Shown here: positions 18,021 to 26,386 of the stretch, piece after piece
Layout of the letters: the number at the start of each line of letters is the position of its first letter
How positions within the stretch are numbered: the stretch's first letter is position 1
DNA from: a virus
Lineage: Duplodnaviria > Caudoviricetes
Virus record (IMG/VR): IMGVR_UViG_3300027640_000015
Coordinates: 1-31,908 of that record
Length of the DNA stretch: 31,908 bases
Reading direction: 5' to 3' (one strand)
Made by a program: the position numbers and the translations under genes
The notes under the pieces: generated by a model
What the model was told of the DNA's origin: nothing
The model's database searches: none
What the model saw: the letters and a program-made list of their open reading frames with translations, nothing else

Positions 18021-19568
18021 TCAGTCCTGTTGGTCGGGCTCGGCCTGCGCCGGATCGGTGTCCGCGTCAGCGGTTGGCTCAGCGTCCGGTTCGTTGGCCC
18101 CGTTTTGGGATTGGGCGCTGCCGGTCTTGGTGACGCGGCGCGGATCGCTGTCGAGCACCAGCCCAAGGTCGTCGAGCTTGGCATTGGTTGCGGCGATCTC
18201 GGCCAGCACCGCGTCCGGATTGCGCCCCTGCCGTGCGATCACCTCCGCCAGCGTCATAGTCCCGGAGCGGATCGACAAGAGGTTCGCCATCGCGTCCTTC
18301 TGCGGATCGACCGCCTCGAATTTCGGCGGCGACCATTCGACGGGCACGTCCGGTGTCGGGATCTTGCCTGCCGCCCATGCAGCCTCGGTGAACCAGCGCC
18401 AGGTGGGCGCGCAGAACATTGGGATGAACAGCTGCCACTGCACGGCGTCGATCATCCGGCGGAACTCCACCAGTCCGGCGCGGATGGACGAGTAATTTAC
18501 CTGAGACAGATCGCCGGTCAGCAGCTCGTAGGGCACCCGGAACCCGGCCGAGATCGTGTGCAGGCTGGCCCGCTTGTATTCGCCATAGCCGCCGGTGGCG
18601 GAGGGCTGGTTGAAGCGGATGTCCTTGCCGCCGCGGGCATAGGCGATCAGCCCCGGCTCGAACTGCTCGACCCGGTTCCCGTCGGCATCGACCACGGAGG
18701 GTGCGATGCCCTGCTGCGCCTCGTCATCTCCGAAGACTATGGCGGTGACGCAGGCCTCGGTCTTCTTGCGGACCAGTTCGGCTACTTCGTAGTCGTCGAG
18801 ATCGCGCAAGCTGCGGATCACCGGCGCGCCCCAGGGCACACCGCGCGCCTGCGTGCGCTGTTTCTCATACACATGAGCGATCTCGGTCGCCGGGACCGGT
18901 CGGCTTTGTAGCCCGTTCTGCAACGCACCATAGGCGTCGCCCGGATGTTCGGCGTGTAACCAATAGGTGCGGCGCTTGCCGACCGGGTCGAACTCGATCC
19001 CTTGTACCAGGCGGCCCGCGCCGAGCGCGCCGGATTTCGTGGCGTCGAGGAAATCGGCTTCCAGCACCTGCAATTGCAGCGGCACCGGCAGCCCGTCTGA
19101 AGATCGGCGCAAGCGTCGGCGTACGAGAACCTCGCCCGCCTCGACCATCTCGCGGCAGATCAGCGTCTGCAGGCCGTAGAAGTCGAGCTGGCCGTCGGCG
19201 TCGCAGTCCGCTGTCCAGCGTTCGAACAGCGCATCGACCTTCCGGTCGAGCTTGTCGTCACCACTGGCGGCACGCGGCATGATGCCCGCACCGATGATGT
19301 TGTTGACCAGCACCGCCACGGCCTTGGCCGCATGCGGGTTGTTGCGCACGAGGTCGCGCATCCGGTCGCGCAGCAGCGCCCCGGCCACGCCAATCTCGGT
19401 GTCGGCGGAGGATCCCGGCGCGCGCCAGCCCTCGGTCCTCCGCCCACGCGCGGCTCCGTCATAGCCCCGCGTCAGAGTCTCGAAGGCCTGCCGCGCCATC
19501 ACTCTCCGGGCGGCCATGCGCGGCGCCACCGTGGCGATGGCGTGGTCGAACCAGGTCGCCGACATCAC
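18021..19568 (-). CDS. Portal protein, lambda family
   Basis: LRDRMRDLVRNN, QARGVPW, LTGDLSQVNYSSIRAGL and VDPQKD motifs. Confidence 0.95.
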   Translation of the reverse strand: MMSATWFDHAIATVAPRMAARRVMARQAFETLTRGYDGAARGRRTEGWRAPGSSADTEIGVAGALLRDRMRDLVRNNPHAAKAVAVLVNNIIGAGIMPRAASGDDKLDRKVDALFERWTADCDADGQLDFYGLQTLICREMVEAGEVLVRRRLRRSSDGLPVPLQLQVLEADFLDATKSGALGAGRLVQGIEFDPVGKRRTYWLHAEHPGDAYGALQNGLQSRPVPATEIAHVYEKQRTQARGVPWGAPVIRSLRDLDDYEVAELVRKKTEACVTAIVFGDDEAQQGIAPSVVDADGNRVEQFEPGLIAYARGGKDIRFNQPSATGGYGEYKRASLHTISAGFRVPYELLTGDLSQVNYSSIRAGLVEFRRMIDAVQWQLFIPMFCAPTWRWFTEAAWAAGKIPTPDVPVEWSPPKFEAVDPQKDAMANLLSIRSGTMTLAEVIARQGRNPDAVLAEIAATNAKLDDLGLVLDSDPRRVTKTGSAQSQNGANEPDAEPTADADTDPAQAEPDQQD

Positions 19569-19774
19569 CGATCCCCGCGCGAGAAGCCCGCAAGCCCGGC
19601 CACCGGCAGCGGCCGCGTGGTGCCCGCGATGGCGCGCTCGATGGTGCGGATGCGGGCGAGCAGGTCCTCGGCCGAGCCATAGTCGACGGACTTGCCGTCA
19701 TAGCTGACCCGGGTCGTGCCGCTGGCATAGGCCCGGCGCAGCGCCGACAACTCGGTTTCCGTCCAGTCGGTCAT
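19565..19774 (-). CDS. Head-to-tail joining protein (gpW-like)
   Basis: 69 aa, L..AYASG..RVSYDGKSVDY.S; between terL and portal as in lambda. Confidence 0.85.
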   Translation of the reverse strand: MTDWTETELSALRRAYASGTTRVSYDGKSVDYGSAEDLLARIRTIERAIAGTTRPLPVAGLAGFSRGDR

Positions 19775-19816
19775 TGTTGTTTCCCTGTCGGGCCGCTGGC
19801 CCTCTGCGCCTCTTGT

Positions 19817-21757
19817 TCAGAACCAACCTCCGCGCCGTCCGAGCCAGTCGGAGCGGCGCTTGCCCTGCGGGGCCTGTCCCGGCCGGTTGATCTGCCCGGC
19901 GGGATCGGTGTCGGTGGGGGCGGCCCCGAGCTGATCCTCGAGGTCGCGCCATTTCGCCTCAGACCAGCGGTCCGCGCCCGCGATCCAGGCGGCGGCGCGG
20001 GCATAGACCCGGCAATCCAGTGCCTCGTTGCGCTCGCGCAGCTTCTGCCATTCCAGCCGGGCGAAGCCGCGTTTGGTGCGCACGGTGACCAGCTGCTCGG
20101 CCACGAACTGCTTCTGCCATTCGTTCTCGATCCAGTGCGGCAGGTGCACCGAGCCGGGCGGGAACGCCGCGCCGTCGGCCATCTCCTGCTCGGTCGGCCG
20201 CGCCAGCCGCAGGAAGCGATAGGTCTCGGCCTTGAAGGTCGACACCGCCACGGTCCAGAGGCGTGCGCCCCGGCGCAGCCGCTTGCCGCCCTCGGTCGCG
20301 TCAACATAAGTCGGCCCCGACACCGGGCTTGCCCGATTGAACCCTTCGACGCCTTTCACGGGCGCGACCTGCGCAAACCCTTGAGCCCGCGACCAGCCAT
20401 AGACCGCAGGGGCCTCGTAGCCGGTGTCGATGGCAAGCCGCGCGATCTTCAGATGCACGCCGCGTTCGTGCGTCCATGTCCGGTTCAGCAGTTCGGTCAG
20501 GTCGCCCCATGCCTCATGCCGGTCGGGCCCGCCCTCGATCACGATGTGATCGACGAGCCAGCTTTCCAGCCCTCGGCCCCAAGCCCAGATATCGACTTCG
20601 ATCCGGTCTTTCTGGACGTCGCCGCCTGCCGTCAGGAATAACCCACCCGCAGGCACTATGCCCGGTTTCCAGCGCTCGCGGCGGTCGTAGAGCCGCTGCC
20701 AGTCCGGCGCTTCGCCGGTTTCGACCCACGTCTCGCCGAGGATCGTGTTGCGGAACGCCTTGATCGCCTCGTCCGACCCTTGGGCCGCGTCCCATGCCCG
20801 CACGATCCGCTCCCAACTCAGCCAGCCGATCGGCGAATAGAGTGCCGAGAGGTGATAGCCGACGGTGCCGGGATCTGCCGCCGTGGCAGTCGCGCGCCAT
20901 TCGCCTGCCTCCAGCATTGCTGTCTTGTAGTGCTCTGCGATGGGCTGGTCGCAGCCCGCGCAGTGATATTCAGCCGTCTCCGGGCGGCCCTTCTGCCAGC
21001 GCAATCGCTCGAACTCCAGCCATTGGTCATGGCGGCAATGGGGGCACGGCACGAAGAACCGGCGCTGGTCGGAGGCCTCGAACTCCCGCTCGATCCGGCT
21101 CAGCCCCCGGATTGTCGGGGTCGAGACCAGGAAGACCTTGCGCCGATGGGCAAATGTCAGCGACCGCGCTTCGGCGAGCGTGACCGGATCGCCTTCGTCG
21201 TCAGCGGAGGCCGGATAGGCATCCACCTCGTCGAGGAAGATGTAGCGCGCCGGGGTGGACCGCAGCCCAACCGCCGAGTTGGCGCCGGTCATGATCAGAA
21301 TGCCGCCCGCGAATTCCTTCGACAGCATGGTGTTGCCCGCGTCGCGCGAGCGCGCCGGTTTGACCCGCTCGCGCAGTTCCGGGCTTTCGTCGATCAGCGG
21401 ATCGATCCGCTGGCGCGAGTTTCGTTTCGCCAATTCCACCGTCGGCTGGACCGCCAGCATCGGGCCCGGCGCCTGGTGGATCGCAAAGCCGATCCAGTTG
21501 TTGCCAGCTTCCGTTGCGCCAACCTGCGCGGCCTTCATGAACACGATCCGCTGGGTCGGATCGCCGGGCGACAGCCGGTCCATGATTTCGCCCATGTAGG
21601 GCGTACGCGCCGTGCGATACCGCCCGGGTTCGGCCGATGCGCGACCCGAAAGCATCCGGTGCCTGTCCGCCCATTCCGACACGGTCAGGTCCGGATCGGG
21701 CGTGAGGCCCGCGCCCCAGGCACGCAGGATCTCTGCCGCGCCGTCGAAATCCGGCAT
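19817..21757 (-). CDS. terL: Terminase large subunit, lambda GpA family (prophage)
   Basis: Walker A MKAAQVGAT, Walker B IFLDEVD, STPT, CPHC Zn motif, DVQ and RNEALDC nuclease motifs. Confidence 0.95.
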   Translation of the reverse strand: MPDFDGAAEILRAWGAGLTPDPDLTVSEWADRHRMLSGRASAEPGRYRTARTPYMGEIMDRLSPGDPTQRIVFMKAAQVGATEAGNNWIGFAIHQAPGPMLAVQPTVELAKRNSRQRIDPLIDESPELRERVKPARSRDAGNTMLSKEFAGGILIMTGANSAVGLRSTPARYIFLDEVDAYPASADDEGDPVTLAEARSLTFAHRRKVFLVSTPTIRGLSRIEREFEASDQRRFFVPCPHCRHDQWLEFERLRWQKGRPETAEYHCAGCDQPIAEHYKTAMLEAGEWRATATAADPGTVGYHLSALYSPIGWLSWERIVRAWDAAQGSDEAIKAFRNTILGETWVETGEAPDWQRLYDRRERWKPGIVPAGGLFLTAGGDVQKDRIEVDIWAWGRGLESWLVDHIVIEGGPDRHEAWGDLTELLNRTWTHERGVHLKIARLAIDTGYEAPAVYGWSRAQGFAQVAPVKGVEGFNRASPVSGPTYVDATEGGKRLRRGARLWTVAVSTFKAETYRFLRLARPTEQEMADGAAFPPGSVHLPHWIENEWQKQFVAEQLVTVRTKRGFARLEWQKLRERNEALDCRVYARAAAWIAGADRWSEAKWRDLEDQLGAAPTDTDPAGQINRPGQAPQGKRRSDWLGRRGGWF

Positions 21758-21767
21758 GTCGTCGGCA

Positions 21768-22328
21768 TCACCAGAGATCGGGTTTGACCTCGGCAAGATC
21801 TTCGAGCTGGGCACGGACATGTTTCTCCAGAACCTTCTGCATTGCCGCGGGCTCCACACCCAGATCAGCCGCCATCAACGCCGCCGCACGGGCTGGCCAG
21901 TTCACCCATACGTCGCGCTCCTGCCGCGCCAGCCGAAACACCAGCGACAGAGCGCGGGCCCGGTCGATCAGTTCACCCTTGAGTTTCTGCAGCCGGATAC
22001 GGCGTTCCTGCGCCTTCAGCACTTCATTGGCCGTCTTGGCCTGCAGAAACGTGGTGCCGCTGCCGACCGGTGGGCTTGCCATTCCCTGTTCGCGCAGGGT
22101 TTCTCCCACGGCGGATACCGCCGCCTCCGGGACGGGTTTGAGCTTTGGCTGGGGCGCTTTGCGGGTCTTGGATGGATCGGTTGCCTCAGCGCGAAGGGCA
22201 TCACTGGCCACCGCGTCGATGCTGCCATCCCCGTGCAGCACGAGCCGTCCCGTCGCCTTGGCCTTCTGGATTGCCCCGCGCGAGAGGCCAACGCGGGCAG
22301 CGTATTGGCGCTCGCTCAGACCCTCCAT
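21768..22328 (-). CDS. terS: Terminase small subunit (prophage)
   Basis: N-terminal HTH (SERQYAARVGLSRGAIQKA), coiled coil ending LKGELID; directly upstream of terL. Confidence 0.8.
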   Translation of the reverse strand: MEGLSERQYAARVGLSRGAIQKAKATGRLVLHGDGSIDAVASDALRAEATDPSKTRKAPQPKLKPVPEAAVSAVGETLREQGMASPPVGSGTTFLQAKTANEVLKAQERRIRLQKLKGELIDRARALSLVFRLARQERDVWVNWPARAAALMAADLGVEPAAMQKVLEKHVRAQLEDLAEVKPDLW

Positions 22329-22439
22329 TGCCCGCTCCGATTATCATTCAAAATCATGTGCTTATGTAGTTGATAAGCCTCCGCACCAGAGCGAACGTGG
22401 CTCCACGAAAACGATGCAACTCACCACGGAGCCGCCACG

Positions 22440-22575
22440 ATGACCCGCCTGAACCCGATCACCACACCCCGCCACCAGCTGCGCGCCGAGAAGGCTGCGC
22501 GGAACAAGGAGGCGGCATTGAACGCCTTCATCGGCAAGAAAGCCGAGATCGACGAGGCGCTGGCGCGCTTGGCAA
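22440..22575 (+). pseudogene. 5' part of a small prophage gene divergent from terS, truncated at a breakpoint
   Basis: GGAG RBS plus MTRLNPITTPRHQLRAEKAARNKEAALNAFIGKKAEIDEALARL; after about 22575 this frame becomes shadow-like and coding moves to another frame. Confidence 0.7.
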
Positions 22576-22798
22576 TGCCGAGAAGATCGAACTGGCGAAC
22601 GCGAAGACCCGCGCGGCGCTGGTCCCCGTCGCCGAAGTCGAATCGGCCTGGGCATCGGTCCTTCGGGACGTGCGGGCCGCCATGCTGGCAGTCCCCGCCC
22701 GTGTTCAACAGCGGCTTGGGCACCTGACCGCCCATGACGTGCAGATGATCGACCGCGAAGTCCGCGACGCGCTCGAAGAGGCCAGCCATGACCAGTGA
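22574..22798 (+). pseudogene. terS: Terminase small subunit (Nu1-like), 3' part only (satellite)
   Basis: NAEKIELANAKTRAALVPVAEVESAW..VR.AMLAVPARV matches the Nu1-type coiled coil; overlaps the terL start; HTH N-terminus absent. Confidence 0.8.
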
Positions 22799-23073
22799 CA
22801 CCCTGACCGCCACCCGTGCCCGCGCCTTGGCCGCTCTGAAGCCGCCGCCGCGCCTGTCCCTGGGGGATTGGATGGAAGCCCACATGCGGCTTCCCGAAGG
22901 CGTCTCTGCCCTCCCTGGGCGCGTCACCCTCTGGCCCTATCAGCGCGGCATTGCCCAGGCCATTAGCGACCCGCTGGTGGAGCGTGTGACGCTGGTGAAG
23001 CCCGTCCGCGTCGGGTTCACGACTTTGCTCACCGGGGCGCTGGCGTCCTACGTCGCCAATGAGCCGTCCCCAA
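22788..23073 (+). pseudogene. terL: Satellite terminase large subunit, 5' fragment
   Basis: LKPPPRLSL..W, LWPYQ and Walker A VKPVRVGFT; breaks after ANEPSP with a stop at 23082-23084. Confidence 0.9.
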
Positions 23074-23110
23074 AGGTCACTTGATCCCCGACTTCGATTT
23101 GCTTCGCCAT
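23071..23110 (-). pseudogene. 5' fragment of a 62-aa gene split by the inversion
   Basis: AAGGA RBS plus ATG GCG AAG CAA ATC GAA GTC GGG GAT CAA GTG ACC TTT G; joins in frame to 25136-25284 after re-inversion. Confidence 0.75.
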
Positions 23111-23112
23111 GG

Positions 23113-23625
23113 TCAGTCCTTTTCCGAAGTAAAGCCGATTCGGGAACGCCCCTGGGCTTCGTCCAATTCTATGGAAAAGGCTTCGCGGGCGTCTTGGAAG
23201 ATCGCTTCACAAATTTCAGTCATGACGCTTTCCACATCTTCCCCAAGGTGGAATTGTCGTTCCCGGTTCCCGACAGTTAGGCGGACGCCCCCACCGAAAG
23301 GGTGAAACTCCAAGACGGTTCGAACCCAGGTCGCGCCCCTGTCCGACTGGTTTCCGATTTCAGTGCAAACACCCATGCGAATCGGTTCCAGGTAGATCGT
23401 GCCCCGCCCATGGCTATCGAAGGCCGCGCCACGATAAAGCGCGCGTGGGTCAAAATCGCCTTCTGGCGGGACGGCATTCGCCGCTGTTTTGGGTCCACCC
23501 AAATAGGCGACATAGGCTTCCACGATCTTCGGGCCGATTTCCTTCACCTTCTTGTAGAAAGCCCATGTTTCTTCGCCGTATTTCTTCGTCAGCGCCTGAA
23601 GCTCTTCATATCTGGTCTCTGCCAT
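23113..23625 (-). CDS. Hypothetical accessory protein (170 aa)
   Basis: MAETRYEELQAL... with AGGAA RBS, lower GC, directly downstream of satellite terL; no family recognised. Confidence 0.8.
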   Translation of the reverse strand: MAETRYEELQALTKKYGEETWAFYKKVKEIGPKIVEAYVAYLGGPKTAANAVPPEGDFDPRALYRGAAFDSHGRGTIYLEPIRMGVCTEIGNQSDRGATWVRTVLEFHPFGGGVRLTVGNRERQFHLGEDVESVMTEICEAIFQDAREAFSIELDEAQGRSRIGFTSEKD

Positions 23626-23648
23626 TTCCTGCCCTTTTCTCAAATCAG

Positions 23649-25132
23649 TTACCGATTCATCCAAGCCGACTTTACCACGGGGGGCGTTCTTGTGGGGGCG
23701 GCTTTCGTGGAGACTTCCGCTTCCCGCCGTTCGAGGTCAACACCCACCAGCGGGCGCACGGCGAGCGCGTAGACGACACAATCGAGCGACTCGGCCCGCC
23801 GCCCCGTGATCCGTTCCCAGACGCGGACAGGTGCCCCGCGCTTGTAGCGGACCAGACGGCGTTCGCTGGCGAGTTCTTCGAAGAAGCGGTCCTCCAGGCT
23901 ATCGCTGAAGCGCACCGTCCGCCCGCGCGATAGGTGGGACGCCAGCGTGGCCTTCAGCCCGTCCACGCCAAGGATGAACAGGCGGGACCCGCGAGTCTCG
24001 CTGGCCTTGATCGACGGACGCGCCCCAGGTGCCCCCTTGATGGCCACGATCCGGCGGGCGAAGCGCGGACGGCAGAAGGACATAACCGGGTCCATGGTCT
24101 CACCGTCCCCGGCGTCGATTGCCACGGCGTCCAGGCGCAAGGTCCCGCCGCCGGGGTGCGGCCACTGGCCCCGAAGGTAGTCGTCGAGTTCCGCCCAGGT
24201 GTGATCTTCATGGGGGCTGCCCCAGATGACGTGTTGCGCTAGGACGAAGTAATCGGTCTTCCCGTGCCCCAGGATCACGATTTCGAGGCGGTCCCGCTGC
24301 ACGTCGACTCCAGCGGTCAGGACCAGCACGTCCGGGGGCAGCGCGTCCAGGCCGAACCGTTCCCGCCGCGATGCCAGGACGGCTTCGTCGATCTCTTCCG
24401 CCGCCTCCCGCCAGCCTTCGGCCAGGATCGTGTTGACGAAGGTCTGTAGCTGGTCCGGGTGCGCCTTGGCCGCGATGAATTCCGCCGCCAGCTTGCCCCA
24501 GGAAGCGTTCGCCAACGTGGACACAAGGGCGTTGAGCCGGAAGCCCGCGTGGCCTTCGATCTCGGGGCGCGTCGCTCGCCATGCCCCGGCTTCGACCATG
24601 GCCGCCTTATGCGTCTCGTCGATCAGGGACTCGCAATGGGGGCAGCGGAAGGCCGCCGTCTGGGGCTGGTCAGGCTGCCATTCGATATGCCGCCACATGA
24701 TTTCGGTCATGGCCCCACACTCCGGGCAGGGGACTTCGAAGACCCGCTGGTCCGATTGGGCGTAGGACCGCAACACGTTCGACGTGTCCAGCAGAGTCGG
24801 GGTGCTGCCCAGGATGATCTTGCGATTGGCGAAGCTGAGGGTCCGCCGTTCGGCCAAGGTGATCGGGCTGCCCTCGGCGGACGGTTCCATGGCGTCGGCT
24901 TCGTCGATCAGCAGGATTCGCACGTTGTGGCGGCGCAGGTTCCGGGGGCTCTTGGCCGCGACGATCTTCAGGGACCCGCCGGGGAAGCGGCGCGACAGAA
25001 GCGTGGACCGCCCGCCTTCGTCCGCATCGGCAGAGATAAGCCCGCGCAAGCTGGGCGTCGCGTCGAAGATCGGTTCCAGGTCGGAGACGACATAATCGCG
25101 GGCGTCGGCTTCGGTGGGCAGAAGGGCCAGGA
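23649..25132 (-). pseudogene. terL: Satellite terminase large subunit, 3' fragment (inverted)
   Basis: ILALLPT, Walker B LLIDEAD, GSTPT, CPEC/CPHC, GVDVQ and ESLDC GpA motifs; no native start. Confidence 0.92.
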
Positions 25133-25135
25133 TTG

Positions 25136-25284
25136 CCGATGAACGGCGGGCGCTTGTTGTGGTGAAGATCGACGAAAAGGGAGTCCATTGCCAGATTCCC
25201 GGTGCCGGTGGAAAAATCGTGGTCCACAAGGCTGAAGACCTGAAGAACCACGGGAAGCCGGGTCCCCTGCGGCCCATTTTCTAG
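25136..25284 (+). pseudogene. 3' fragment of the 62-aa gene (SH3-like / YodC-like pattern)
   Basis: Reads (A)DERRALVVVKIDEKGVHCQIPGAGGKIVVHKAEDLKNHGKPGPLRPIF-stop in frame with the 23110 ATG after re-inversion. Confidence 0.75.
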
Positions 25285-25496
25285 TCCACCCACCCCCTGG
25301 GCGGGGCCTTGTCCAGATAGGCTTCCGCGTCTCCGATGTGATCTGCCCACCATACTAGGCCGCCGTCTTCAGTGACAACGCGGTATCTGGGCACCCCATG
25401 TGCGGGATTGGGGCAAGACCGGAAGAACAGCCCGCGACGGCGGGCCTTGTAGTAAACGCGGGCTTTCGCCCTCTGAATGTCGCTTCTGTTCTGCAT
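25281..25496 (-). CDS. Small basic hypothetical protein (71 aa; possible upstream in-frame ATG near 25550)
   Basis: MQNRSDIQRAKARVYYKARRRGL...; its stop overlaps the convergent 62-aa gene stop in CTAG; RBS spacing is poor. Confidence 0.45.
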   Translation of the reverse strand: MQNRSDIQRAKARVYYKARRRGLFFRSCPNPAHGVPRYRVVTEDGGLVWWADHIGDAEAYLDKAPPRGWVD

Positions 25497-25505
25497 TCCT
25501 AATGC

Positions 25506-25686
25506 GTCGGGGGCGGCACTCGCAAACCGCCCCCGACTCCCCTTCACCATCACTGGAGAGACGACGCGCGACCAAACGCGCCGTATCACCTGTATAGTCG
25601 GATTCGCACAATCCGACAATAGGTTTAGGGGTGTCAACTTGCAGTCTAAACCATTGAACTGGCGGTTGTTAAACTGCCTGTTCAAT
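25506..25686. promoter_or_regulatory. Cluster of four inverted repeats in the satellite's divergent control region
   Basis: GTCGGGGGCGG/CCGCCCCCGAC (25506-25537), GTCGGATT/AATCCGAC (25597-25617), GGTTTAG/CTAAACC (25622-25652), ATTGAACTGGCGGTT/AACTGCCTGTTCAAT (25653-25686, 13/15). Confidence 0.65.
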
Positions 25687-25742
25687 TCCCAAGCGCCCCG
25701 AATCGGTGTATGAAGGTCCGGTATATAGCCGGAGGACCTACC

Positions 25743-26384
25743 GTGACCGATCAAGAATTTCCGACCATCCACTATCTGCCGCCGCTTGACCGCCAGCCGT
25801 CGCATCTGTCCCGCAAGGATGTGGTGGCGCGCTGTCTCGAACCTGGGCTGTCCCGCGACTCGCTGGAACCCTTTGTCAAGAAATGTGCGGCGCGGGACTT
25901 CCTGCGCCCCGTCGGGATCGACGCCGCCGACAAGCGCGCGCCCTACCTCTATGAGATCGACTCCGTTCTGATCGCCAAATGCCTTCACACCTTGGCCTTC
26001 GCCAGCATCGAAGTGGACGGTCCTGACGGCATCGGGCGGGCGGTGTCCCTCGCCATGAAGTCCTTCGCCGTGGAAGACCACTTTCCGAACGGTGTCCCGA
26101 AAGGCGAGAACGTGAATGCCTATTTCCGGGCTTTCGGCCCCAGCCCTGCCGCGTGGGCCATTCTCGACTATCGGCGGGGCGTGACCGGCTGGTCCCTGCA
26201 TGTCGCCGCGACGCTGGACGACGCGGGCAAGAAGCGTGTCGGGGCGAAGCTCTGGAACGTCCAGAATGGCTTCATGCCGAACCTCTTCGGCCGTCCCGAA
26301 CCCGTCATCCCCCATGCGGAAACCGTTCTGTCGCTGGACCGGATTCTTCCGATCATCCTGGGCGACCGCGAAGGGATGAACTGA
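25743..26384 (+). CDS. Putative DNA-binding regulator with MerR-like winged-helix N-terminus (213 aa)
   Basis: GGAGGA RBS plus GTG; pattern SRKDVV...LEPFVKKCAARDFLRP...RAPYLYEIDSVLIAKCLHTL resembles a MerR HTH/wing; heads the portal operon. Confidence 0.6.
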   Translation: MTDQEFPTIHYLPPLDRQPSHLSRKDVVARCLEPGLSRDSLEPFVKKCAARDFLRPVGIDAADKRAPYLYEIDSVLIAKCLHTLAFASIEVDGPDGIGRAVSLAMKSFAVEDHFPNGVPKGENVNAYFRAFGPSPAAWAILDYRRGVTGWSLHVAATLDDAGKKRVGAKLWNVQNGFMPNLFGRPEPVIPHAETVLSLDRILPIILGDREGMN

Positions 26385-26386
26385 CC

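Larger units (their letters stand above)
949..22575 (-). mobile_element. Prophage late region (siphovirus, lambda-type head plus GTA-like tail); early/replication arm absent at the right breakpoint
   Basis: Contiguous, co-oriented and mostly overlapping terS-terL-gpW-portal-capsid-cement-connectors-tube-chaperones-TMP-tail tip-fibre-lysis genes. Confidence 0.93.
23074..25132. other. Inverted segment (2059 bp) bounded by CAA (23071-23073) and TTG (25133-25135)
   Basis: Re-inversion gives GAG CCG TCC CCA ATC CTG GCC (EPSP-ILA) at one end and ACC TTT GCC GAT GAA (TF-ADE) at the other, both in frame. Confidence 0.92.

Noticed and set aside
22329-22439. cos site or divergent promoter upstream of prophage terS
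   Set aside because: AT-rich and plausibly placed, but no motif I can support.
22370-22798. 142-aa ORF as an intact TerS
   Set aside because: Its first 68 codons are an off-frame reading of the truncated prophage gene and upstream DNA; TTG start, no HTH.
23050-25160. Long inverted repeats or hix/gix-like sites at the inversion ends
   Set aside because: Flank comparison shows only CAA shared; no convincing dyad symmetry.
23649-25277. 542-aa ORF as a complete terminase
   Set aside because: The first ~48 residues come from outside the inversion; Walker A is in the separate plus-strand fragment.
25650-25690. Alphaproteobacterial LexA box (GTTC-N7-GTTC)
   Set aside because: GAAC/GTTC half-sites are present but in inverted arrangement with the wrong spacing.
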